Assembly (NCBI GenBank): GCA_046757165.1
Contig: JBHHXT010000006.1
Coordinates: 780 to 64,779, forward strand
Length of the DNA: 64,000 nt
DNA from: a bacterium
Lineage (GTDB): Bacteria > Zhuqueibacterota > Zhuqueibacteria > Oceanimicrobiales > Oceanimicrobiaceae
Direction of reading: 5' to 3'
In this document: piece after piece, positions 54,730 to 62,160 of the stretch
How positions within the stretch are numbered: position 1 is the stretch's first letter
Layout of the letters: every line of letters begins with the position of its first letter
Program-made: the position numbers and the translations under genes
Notes under the pieces: generated by a model
What the model was told of the DNA's origin: nothing
Databases searched by the model: none
Seen by the model: the letters and a program-made list of their open reading frames with translations, nothing else

Positions 54730-55298
54730 GCCAACTGCCTCTGATCAGGAATTTCTATCTTGCAGGCGGCACTGCACTTGCACTGCACTACGGCCATCGT
54801 GAATCAGTCGACTTTGACTTCTTTTCAGAAAAGCCTTTCTCCCCAGATGAGATATTAGGCGAGCTAAAGAAGAACAAGATCGAGCTTCAGTTCAAGAACG
54901 CGAATACGCTGGGCATCTTGTTTCAAGGTGTCACATGTACTTTTTTTCTTTACAAGTATCCTCTTCTCGGCAGATTCCACACGGTGTTTGAACACGTGCA
55001 GGTCGTAGGCGTATCCGATATCGCTGCAATGAAGGTTGCGGCAATCGCCGGACGAGGGAAAAAAAGAGATTTTATTGATCTGTATTTTGTTTGCCAAAAA
55101 GACTACTCGTTGAGAGAAGCCGTGGAATTGTATCAGAAAAAATACGAGGTATTGAATCACGATTTATATCACGTTTACAAAGGACTTGCGTATTTCTCGG
55201 ACGCGGAGCTAGACTCCATGCCTAAGATGTTTGACAGCGTGGAGTGGAGCCTGGTCAAGAGTTTCTTTGAAAAACAAGTTAGTCAACTTATGGAGTAG
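54678..55298 (+). CDS. Nucleotidyltransferase AbiEii/AbiGii toxin-family protein (DUF1814-like).
   Basis: 206 aa with the FYLAGGTALALHYGHRESVDFDFF motif, which matches the GGTAL...R.S.D.DF signature of AbiEii-type type IV TA toxins. Confidence 0.6.
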   Translation: MYTNVLNKTQILILEVLSQLPLIRNFYLAGGTALALHYGHRESVDFDFFSEKPFSPDEILGELKKNKIELQFKNANTLGILFQGVTCTFFLYKYPLLGRFHTVFEHVQVVGVSDIAAMKVAAIAGRGKKRDFIDLYFVCQKDYSLREAVELYQKKYEVLNHDLYHVYKGLAYFSDAELDSMPKMFDSVEWSLVKSFFEKQVSQLME

Positions 55299-55341
55299 AA
55301 CACACAAGGCTCAAGCCGGACAAGCCGGAACCAACAAAGAT

Positions 55342-55473
55342 TAAGAGCGCACGCGAAGGCGCAGAGCCGCAAAGAATAGGCAAAGGATTCTCTTTGCGAA
55401 CCCTTTGCGCCTTCGCGTCTTTGCGTGAAATCTTTGGTTTTAGGATTCAGTTTTCATTTTTTGCCAAAAGATG
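55342..55473. mobile_element. MITE-like insertion (about 130 bp) with terminal inverted repeats, carrying an internal CGCGAAGG/CTTTGCG palindrome and splitting the conserved TA-flank sequence.
   Basis: The terminal inverted repeats ccaacaaagatt (55342-55353) and aatctttggtt (55440-55450) match at 10 of 11 positions. The internal inverted arms are cacgcgaaggcgcagagccgcaaag and ctttgcgccttcgcgtctttgcgtg. The two halves of the conserved sequence are contiguous at locus 24589-24642 but separated here. Confidence 0.55.
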
Positions 55474-55516
55474 ACAGAACGTGACTTGTCAGATACTAAA
55501 ATTAAGGACATGAACC

Positions 55517-56665
55517 ATGATCGATTTCAGTCTAAGCGATGAGCAAAAGCAACTGCGCGACCTGGCCAGAGAGTTCACCGAGAAGGAGATCAAGCCCGTG
55601 GCCGCCGAATATGACAAAAAAGCGGAGTTCCCGACCGAAGTGCTGCGCAAAGCCTGGGAGCTTGGTTTGATGAACGTACAGATTCCCGAGAAATTCGGCG
55701 GACCGGGATTGGGCGTGCTGGAGGACTGCCTGATCGCCGAGGAGCTGGGCGCCGGCTGCACAGGCATTGGGACTTCCATGATGTCAAATATGCTGGCGCA
55801 GGGGCCGTTGCTGGTTGCCGGCACCGACGAACAGAACAAGAAATATCTCGGTCAGATGGTCGATGAGTTTGCCTTTTGCGCCTATGCCGTGACCGAGCCG
55901 GGTGCGGGTTCCGATGTCGCGGGCATCAAAACGACGGCCAGGAAAGTAGGCAATGACTACGTCGTCAATGGCCAGAAGATGTGGATCACCAACGCGGCGC
56001 AAGCAAAGTGGTTTTTCGTCCTGACCTACACCGACCCGGCGGCGAGTTACAAAGGCATGACGGCATTCGTCATTCCGGCTGATCTACCGGGTGTGGCGGT
56101 TGGCAAGCACGAGGAAAAGATGGGACAACGCGCCTCGGACACGCGCGCCGTGACGTTCGAAGACGTGAAACTGCCGGCCGAAAACCGGCTCGGCGCCGAG
56201 GGGGATGGCTGGAGAATCGCGATGCACGCTTTCGACCACTCCCGTCCGATCGTGGCGGCGGCGGCTGTGGGGTTGGCGCGTGGCGCCATGGAGCATTCGA
56301 TCCAGTATGCGGGGGAGCGCACGACCTTTGGGGTCCAGATTGCCAAGCATCAGGCCGTGAGCTTTATGATTGCCGACATGGCCATGAACGTCGAAGCAGC
56401 CCGGCATCTGGTTTGGAAGTCCGCCTGGAAGACAGACCGGGGCGAACGCAACACGCTTGAAGCGGCCTACGCCAAAGCCTTCGCCGCTGACATGGCCATG
56501 AAAGTCGCCACCGACGCCGTGCAAGTGTACGGAGGCTATGGCTATTCTGCGGAATATCCGGTCGAAAAGATGATGCGGGATGCGAAGATTTTTCAAATCT
56601 ACGAAGGCACCAGCCAGGTTCAGCGCTTGATCATTGCCCGCGAGCTGTTCAGCCGGAAATCATGA
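55517..56665 (+). CDS. Acyl-CoA dehydrogenase (short/medium-chain type).
   Basis: 382 aa with YAVTEPGAGSDVAG, MWITN and QVYGGYGYSAEYPVEKMMRDAKIFQIYEGTSQVQ motifs. An AAGGA ribosome-binding site precedes it. Confidence 0.85.
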   Translation: MIDFSLSDEQKQLRDLAREFTEKEIKPVAAEYDKKAEFPTEVLRKAWELGLMNVQIPEKFGGPGLGVLEDCLIAEELGAGCTGIGTSMMSNMLAQGPLLVAGTDEQNKKYLGQMVDEFAFCAYAVTEPGAGSDVAGIKTTARKVGNDYVVNGQKMWITNAAQAKWFFVLTYTDPAASYKGMTAFVIPADLPGVAVGKHEEKMGQRASDTRAVTFEDVKLPAENRLGAEGDGWRIAMHAFDHSRPIVAAAAVGLARGAMEHSIQYAGERTTFGVQIAKHQAVSFMIADMAMNVEAARHLVWKSAWKTDRGERNTLEAAYAKAFAADMAMKVATDAVQVYGGYGYSAEYPVEKMMRDAKIFQIYEGTSQVQRLIIARELFSRKS

Positions 56666-57156
56666 CCACCGGAAATCGAACGATGAACAAAACCCTCGTG
56701 ACCTTGAAAGTCAATGGTTCAGACTGCGAAACGGCGATTCGGGAGTACGACGTTCTCCTGGACGTGCTCCGTGAGAATTTGAACCTGACGGGCACCAAGC
56801 GGGGATGTGACATGGGCACGTGCGGCTGTTGTGCGGTTCTGATCGATGGACGCCCGAAACTTTCCTGTTTGACTCTGGCGATGGAGTGTGTTGGCAGGGA
56901 GGTCACGACCATCGAGGGCTTGAAATCACCTCTCTTGCATCCTTTGCAAAGAACATTCGCTGAGGCTGGCGGTTCGCAATGTGGCTTTTGTACCGCTGGA
57001 TTCATTATCACGGCCAGGGCGCTGCTCCATGAAACTCACCATCCGTCACGCAGTGAAATTGAAGAGGCAATTTCCGGCAACATGTGCCGGTGCACCGGCT
57101 ACATCAAGATCGTCGATGCCATTGAGATGGCCGCCAGCGAACTGAATGGACCGTAA
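56662..57156 (+). CDS. hcrC: (2Fe-2S)-binding small subunit of a molybdenum-hydroxylase-family enzyme, proposed 4-hydroxybenzoyl-CoA reductase gamma-like.
   Basis: It has the plant-type ferredoxin motif CDMGTCGCC and the second cluster motif CGFCTAGF...CRCTGY. Its 164 aa are close to HcrC size, and the start may be 56683. Confidence 0.5.
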   Translation: MTTGNRTMNKTLVTLKVNGSDCETAIREYDVLLDVLRENLNLTGTKRGCDMGTCGCCAVLIDGRPKLSCLTLAMECVGREVTTIEGLKSPLLHPLQRTFAEAGGSQCGFCTAGFIITARALLHETHHPSRSEIEEAISGNMCRCTGYIKIVDAIEMAASELNGP

Positions 57157-57271
57157 AGAATCGGGTCGTGTTTGCACAGTTTTCGAGTTTCGAGTTTAGG
57201 ATTTCGAATTTCCGGCTCATGTAATACAACGTCACCAAATTGTTGACAAAACCAGGAATCAAAACAAGAGC

Positions 57272-59647
57272 ATGATTATGAAGGGAGCAAGGGCCTCTCA
57301 TCAGGTCGTTGGCAAGCGATACCCGCTTGTTGATGCCCTCAAGAAAACCTCGGGCGAGGGAGTTTACACAGATGATATCAAACTGCCGGGCATGCTGGTC
57401 GGCAAGATCCTGCGCAGCCCGGTGTCGTACGCGCGTATCAAGCGTATCGATGTTTCGAAAGCGGAAAGCCTGGCGGGCGTTCATGCCGTGATCACGGGTG
57501 CTGAACCTGGCGCACTCAACAGATTCGGGGTCCTGCCAATTTCCAAAGATGAAATCAGTTTGCCGCAGCCCGGGGCCTCCGGACGTGACGGCAAAGTCTT
57601 GTATGTCGGTGACTGCGTCGCTGCCGTCGCTGCCGATAATGAGGAAACCGCCCTGGCCGCCTTGCGCCTCATCGAGGTCGAATATGAAGCGCTCCCTCCG
57701 GTTCATCGCCTCGAGAATGGACTGAAAAAGACGGATGAACCGATTCAGGACGAGACCCTGGACGGGACCAATATTCACAAGTCTGTCGAGCAGCATTTTG
57801 GCGACGTCGAAGCGGCGCTGAAGCGCTCCACCCACGTGCTCACACGGGATTTCGCATTTGTCGGCGTCACGCACGCCTTCACGGAACCGATCGCAGCGAT
57901 CGCCCATTTTGATGCTGACGAACGGTTGACCGTGTGGTCGGCGCAGCAGGTGCCGCATTACCTTCACCGCGCTTTGACTGAGGTGATGGAAATGGACATG
58001 CACCGCATCCGGGTCCTTCGACCCATGGTCGGCGGCGGCTTCGGAGGAAAAAGCGACCCCTTTCCGCACGAGATGATCGCCTCGTTGCTGTCGAGGAAGT
58101 GTCGCCGGCCGGTCAAGATTTTGTTCGACCGCGAGGAAGTCTTTTACAACAATCATGGCCGACATCCGACCCGGACGCATCTGACCGTTGCCACGGATGA
58201 TAAAGGCATGCTGACTGCCATCGACCTGGACGCCACGATTGACGGCGGGGCCTGGGGCAGTTTTGGCGTCGTGACGACTTATTACAACGGCGTTCTCTCC
58301 ATGGGACCATACAAGATCCCAAACTTCCGCTACGCGGGTCGACGCGTTTACACCAACAAGGCGCCGTGCGGTGCCATGCGAGGGCATGGCGCGGTCAACT
58401 CTCGGTTTGCGTTCGAGGTGCTCTTGGACCAGCTCGCCGAAGACAACAAGATGGACCCTTGTGAATTTCGCCTGGTCAACCTGCTGCCGGAAAACACCGA
58501 GACCCTCAATGGCTTTCGCATCACCAGCAATGGCACGCGCGAATGTATTGAGCGCGCGCGTGAGCAGTCGGAGTGGGACCGTAAGCACGGCAAATTGTCT
58601 CATGGCGAAGGCATTGGAGTGGCGTGCGGCTTCTACATCAGTGGCAGCGCGCACAGAATTCATTTCAACGAGCTGCCGCATTCGACGGTCCACCTGAAGA
58701 TAGATATGGACGGCGGCATCACGGTGCACTGTCTGGCGGCGGAAATCGGGCAGGGCAGTGATACCATGCTGGCGCAGTGTGTCGCAGAGCCCCTGGGGGT
58801 CAAGCTGGAGCGAATTCGTGTCTTCTCGGGGGATTCGGACACCGATCCCATTGATTTGGGCTCCTACTCCAGTCGTGTCACTTTCATGGCCGGCAATGCT
58901 GCCCTGGAGGCTGCCAACAAAATTCAGCAGAAAATTACGCAAGCAGCCGCGCGCAAGACGGGCTACCCGGCACAGGGGTTTGTGCTCAAAGATGAGCAGG
59001 TGATTTATGCTCCGGATCCTCAGATCCGGCTGACCTTCGATGATGCGCTGACTGAGGCGCTGGCAAAGAACGGCGCTTTGATTGCCAAAGGAATCTACCA
59101 GTCGCCGCCGCCCATCGGCAAGCGCGGTGAATTCAAAGGGTGGCGGGCCGGGCTTTCTCCGACCTATAGTTTTCAGGCATACATTGCGCAAGTCATGGTT
59201 GACCCGGAGACCTTCGAGGTCAGAGTGCAAAAGGTGTGGGCCGCACATGACTGTGGCAAAGCGCTCAACCCGCTCGCCGTCGAAGGCCAGATCGAAGGGT
59301 GCATCCACATGGGCCTCGGGCAGGTGCTGTGCGAGGAAATGCCCTACTTGAAGGGCACCATCCAGGGCCCGAATTTTCTGGACTACCGCACCCTGACGCC
59401 CATGCAGATGCCCGAAGTCGATGTGATCATCGTCGAGAGTCATGACCCGGAAGGCCCGTTTGGCGCAAAAGAAGCGGGAGAGGGGCCGCTTTTGCCCATC
59501 CTTCCCGCGGTGGCGAATGCCATTTATGATGCTGTCGGAATCCGCATCTATTCTCTGCCGATCACGCCAGACAAGCTCTGGAAGGAGGCGCAGCGTCAAG
59601 AGCGCGCTGTCACTCGTGTGAAAGTGCCGACGGCGGTCACGGCATGA
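57272..59647 (+). CDS. hcrA: Molybdopterin-binding large subunit of the xanthine dehydrogenase/aldehyde oxidase family, proposed 4-hydroxybenzoyl-CoA reductase alpha-like.
   Basis: 791 aa with Ald_Xan_dh N-terminal hammerhead and MoCo-binding domains (GGGFGGK, AAHDCGKALNP, EGPFGAKEAGEGP). The reverse-strand ORF 57104..59725 is a shadow. Confidence 0.5.
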   Translation: MIMKGARASHQVVGKRYPLVDALKKTSGEGVYTDDIKLPGMLVGKILRSPVSYARIKRIDVSKAESLAGVHAVITGAEPGALNRFGVLPISKDEISLPQPGASGRDGKVLYVGDCVAAVAADNEETALAALRLIEVEYEALPPVHRLENGLKKTDEPIQDETLDGTNIHKSVEQHFGDVEAALKRSTHVLTRDFAFVGVTHAFTEPIAAIAHFDADERLTVWSAQQVPHYLHRALTEVMEMDMHRIRVLRPMVGGGFGGKSDPFPHEMIASLLSRKCRRPVKILFDREEVFYNNHGRHPTRTHLTVATDDKGMLTAIDLDATIDGGAWGSFGVVTTYYNGVLSMGPYKIPNFRYAGRRVYTNKAPCGAMRGHGAVNSRFAFEVLLDQLAEDNKMDPCEFRLVNLLPENTETLNGFRITSNGTRECIERAREQSEWDRKHGKLSHGEGIGVACGFYISGSAHRIHFNELPHSTVHLKIDMDGGITVHCLAAEIGQGSDTMLAQCVAEPLGVKLERIRVFSGDSDTDPIDLGSYSSRVTFMAGNAALEAANKIQQKITQAAARKTGYPAQGFVLKDEQVIYAPDPQIRLTFDDALTEALAKNGALIAKGIYQSPPPIGKRGEFKGWRAGLSPTYSFQAYIAQVMVDPETFEVRVQKVWAAHDCGKALNPLAVEGQIEGCIHMGLGQVLCEEMPYLKGTIQGPNFLDYRTLTPMQMPEVDVIIVESHDPEGPFGAKEAGEGPLLPILPAVANAIYDAVGIRIYSLPITPDKLWKEAQRQERAVTRVKVPTAVTA

Positions 59648-59653
59648 TCTGTG

Positions 59654-59866
59654 TTCAGCCTGTAGAGACTGTGTGAAAATGTAAGGCAAGCATCTTGCTT
59701 GCCAGAATGGTTTGCACGAGAACAAGAATGTAGCTTAAATCATAAACCTCTTTTAATTAACAAGCCAGAGGCATGTTTTACCATGTTTTCTCACAGTCTC
59801 TTCAGGCTGAAAGTCAAATGTAGCGCAGTCTTCCAGACTGCAGGCAGAATGCCTGCGCTACTTTAC
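59654..59866. repeat. Highly structured intra-operon spacer: a 26-bp inverted repeat pair enclosing nested hairpins.
   Basis: ttcagcctgtagagactgtgtgaaaa (59654-59679) pairs with ttttctcacagtctcttcaggctgaaa (59786-59812) with 2 mismatches. The inner palindrome is ggcaagca-tc-ttgcttgcc (59684-59702). A downstream hairpin gtagcgcag...ctgcgctac (59822-59862) encloses gcaggca-gaa-tgcctgc. Confidence 0.6.
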
Positions 59867-59887
59867 AAAATATCGTGAGGGAGTTCT

Positions 59888-60925
59888 ATGAAATGCTTAA
59901 TGAATGTTCTTTTACTTTCCGGGCTTATCGCTGGCAGCGTTTGGACGGATGCTCCTGGCCAAACCCCATCACAAAAGATGACAGTCCGCCGGCCCGTTCA
60001 CACCTACTCCATTGTGGCTCGCGACCCTGAGACCGGTGAGCTCGGGGTGGCGGTGCAATCCCACTGGTTCTCAGTCGGGTCTCTCGTCACCTGGGCAGAA
60101 GCGGGCGTGGGGGCTGTGGCAACTCAGTCTCTGATCGATGTCACGTACGGCCCACTGGGACTTCAGTTGATGAAAGCAGGACGCACAGCCAACCAGGCGC
60201 TGGAAGCCCTGAAAGTCGCTGATGAACATCCCGAAATCCGGCAGGTTGCCATGATTGATGCGAAAGGGAATGTGGCGGCACACACGGGTGAGAAATGCAT
60301 TCCGGATGCAGGCCATCTCGTCGGAGAGAACTTTTCGGTGCAAGCAAATTTGATGCTGAACAAAGAAATCTGGCCTGCGATGAAGAGCGCCTATGAAGGC
60401 ACCGAAGGCGACCTGGCCGACAGGATGCTGGCGGCCCTGGAAGCCGCGCAAAACGCGGGTGGCGACATCCGCGGCAGGCAATCTGCGGCAATCTTGATCG
60501 TGAAAGGTGAGGCGACCGGCAGGCCCTGGGAAGATACGGTGATGGAGCTGCGAATCGAAGACCATGCCACACCGATTCAGGAGCTCAGGCGGCTGGTCAA
60601 GCTGCACCGCGCCTATCAGCACATGAACAACGGTGACCTTGCCCTCGAGGCTAATGATGTGGAAGGCGCCCTGCGCGAGTATGGCGCCGCTGAGGCGTTG
60701 TTCCCGGACAATCTTGAAATGAAATTCTGGCACGCGGTTTCTCTGGTGAATGCAGAGCGAGTCGATGAATCTTTGCCGCTCTTCAAGACCATCTTTAGCA
60801 AAGACAAAAACTGGGCAACTCTGGTTCCCAGATTGCCAGGCGTCGATATTCTTCCGAATGAGGAGGCCGTAATCACCAAAATACTGTCGGTAACTCAGGA
60901 TAACATCAAACGAACCGAGAAGTGA
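59888..60925 (+). CDS. Secreted DUF1028-family protein (Ntn-hydrolase-like fold) with C-terminal TPR-like repeat.
   Basis: It has a signal peptide (MKCLMNVLLLSGLIAGSVWT) and the N-terminal TYSIVARDPETGELGVAVQS block characteristic of DUF1028. The family assignment is from memory. Confidence 0.5.
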   Translation: MKCLMNVLLLSGLIAGSVWTDAPGQTPSQKMTVRRPVHTYSIVARDPETGELGVAVQSHWFSVGSLVTWAEAGVGAVATQSLIDVTYGPLGLQLMKAGRTANQALEALKVADEHPEIRQVAMIDAKGNVAAHTGEKCIPDAGHLVGENFSVQANLMLNKEIWPAMKSAYEGTEGDLADRMLAALEAAQNAGGDIRGRQSAAILIVKGEATGRPWEDTVMELRIEDHATPIQELRRLVKLHRAYQHMNNGDLALEANDVEGALREYGAAEALFPDNLEMKFWHAVSLVNAERVDESLPLFKTIFSKDKNWATLVPRLPGVDILPNEEAVITKILSVTQDNIKRTEK

Positions 60926-60929
60926 ACAC

Positions 60930-61913
60930 ATGATCCTGCCGCCGTTCAAATATCACCGTCCTGCGACAATTGATGAGGCCATCGACGTTGCGAGAACCTG
61001 CAAGGGCGATTTCGACTTTGTGGCCGGCGGCACGGATGTGCTGCCAAATTACAAGAATCGGTTGAACAGTCGAGATAATGTCATCAGCCTTTCTGGCATT
61101 AAGGAATTACATCAAATCTCGGAGAGCAAGATCGGCGCGATGGTCACGCTGGTAGCGCTGGAAAAGAATAACCGGCTCAGAAAGGTTTATCCGTCGATTT
61201 CCGAGGCAGCTCATCTCGTGGCCACGCCCCTTCTGCGTGAATCCGCGACCGTTGGCGGTAACATTCTTTTGGACACACGCTGCTGGTTTTTCAACCAGTC
61301 CTATCTCTGGCGCCAGTCCAAAGGTTTTTGCCTGAAGGCGGACGGGGACGTCTGTCTGGTCGTGCCGCAGAATGAGGTGTGCTACGCGACCTATTCCGGC
61401 GACATGGCGCCTGTCCTCATGGTTTTGAATGCAACCTTCCATCTCGCCGGTCCTGAGGGCGTGCGCGAGATCCATTCCAGCAAGTTTTTCACCCATGATG
61501 GCATCACGCGCAATGTGAAGCTCCCCGAGGAGATCCTGACCCACATCTCAATACCGGACGAATCAAAGTCGTTGCGGTCAGCCTACCGCAAGCTTCGCAT
61601 TCGTGACGCCATGGACTACCCGGTCATGGGCACGGCAGTGGCGTTGAGTTTGAACCAGAATACCATCGAAACGCTTAGAATCGCGCTCACGGGGACCGGC
61701 ACGACGCCTTTCCTCTATGATGAAATCACCCGACCGTTTTCCGGCGATCAGTTGACCGACGAGCTCATCGAGCAGATCAGTAACGAAGTCATGAACGAGG
61801 TCCAGCCTTACCGCAACGTGCATTTTTCGCCGCAATACCGCAAAGCCATGGTGGGCGTGTACTTGCAGCGGATTCTGACTGAGCTCGCAGATTCCACAAA
61901 CTCCAGCCACTAA
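60930..61913 (+). CDS. hcrB: FAD-binding medium subunit of the molybdenum-hydroxylase family carrying a four-cysteine insertion, proposed 4-hydroxybenzoyl-CoA reductase beta-like.
   Basis: It has the FAD_binding_5 fold (FDFVAGGTDVLP). The inserted loop DTRCWFFNQSYLWRQSKGFCLKADGDVCLVVPQNEVCYA places cysteines at 118, 134, 142 and 151. The spacing of 16, 8 and 9 residues is, as I recall, the same as the [4Fe-4S]-ligating Cys122/138/146/155 of Thauera HcrB. Total length is 327 aa, against HcrB at about 324. Confidence 0.55.
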   Translation: MILPPFKYHRPATIDEAIDVARTCKGDFDFVAGGTDVLPNYKNRLNSRDNVISLSGIKELHQISESKIGAMVTLVALEKNNRLRKVYPSISEAAHLVATPLLRESATVGGNILLDTRCWFFNQSYLWRQSKGFCLKADGDVCLVVPQNEVCYATYSGDMAPVLMVLNATFHLAGPEGVREIHSSKFFTHDGITRNVKLPEEILTHISIPDESKSLRSAYRKLRIRDAMDYPVMGTAVALSLNQNTIETLRIALTGTGTTPFLYDEITRPFSGDQLTDELIEQISNEVMNEVQPYRNVHFSPQYRKAMVGVYLQRILTELADSTNSSH

Positions 61914-61952
61914 GCCTGAGTACAGGTTTTCATAGATTCGATGACATATCGC

Positions 61953-62032
61953 CTCACGCAAAGCCGCAGAGTCCGCAGAGAAAGGAAGGTCAAAAACAAA
62001 CAAACTCCGCGCGCTCGGCGTCTTTGCGTGAG
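61953..62032. repeat. Palindromic REP-like element of the CTTTGCG family after hcrB.
   Basis: ctcacgcaaag (61953-61963) and ctttgcgtgag (62022-62032) are exact reverse complements. The inner arms cgcagagtccgcagag / ccgcgcgctcggcg resemble the elements at 55356-55438 and 14749-14879. Confidence 0.6.
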
Positions 62033-62160
62033 ATTGAATACGTGATCGTATTTACGAATTCCTGTACTAAGTTATTGATATCCCAGCACAAGAGGGGAAA
62101 GGGATGTCGATCCATCGTCTCGGCAGGTGAAATGGAGCGCATTTGACGGAGAAACCGGTC

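Noticed and set aside
57104-59725. 873-aa minus-strand ORF covering the molybdenum large subunit (also 49289..50377- over the aldehyde dehydrogenase, 26426..27469- over the radical SAM gene, 60071..60949- over the DUF1028 gene).
   Set aside because: These are antisense shadows. The plus-strand frames contain clear family motifs and operon-consistent spacing.
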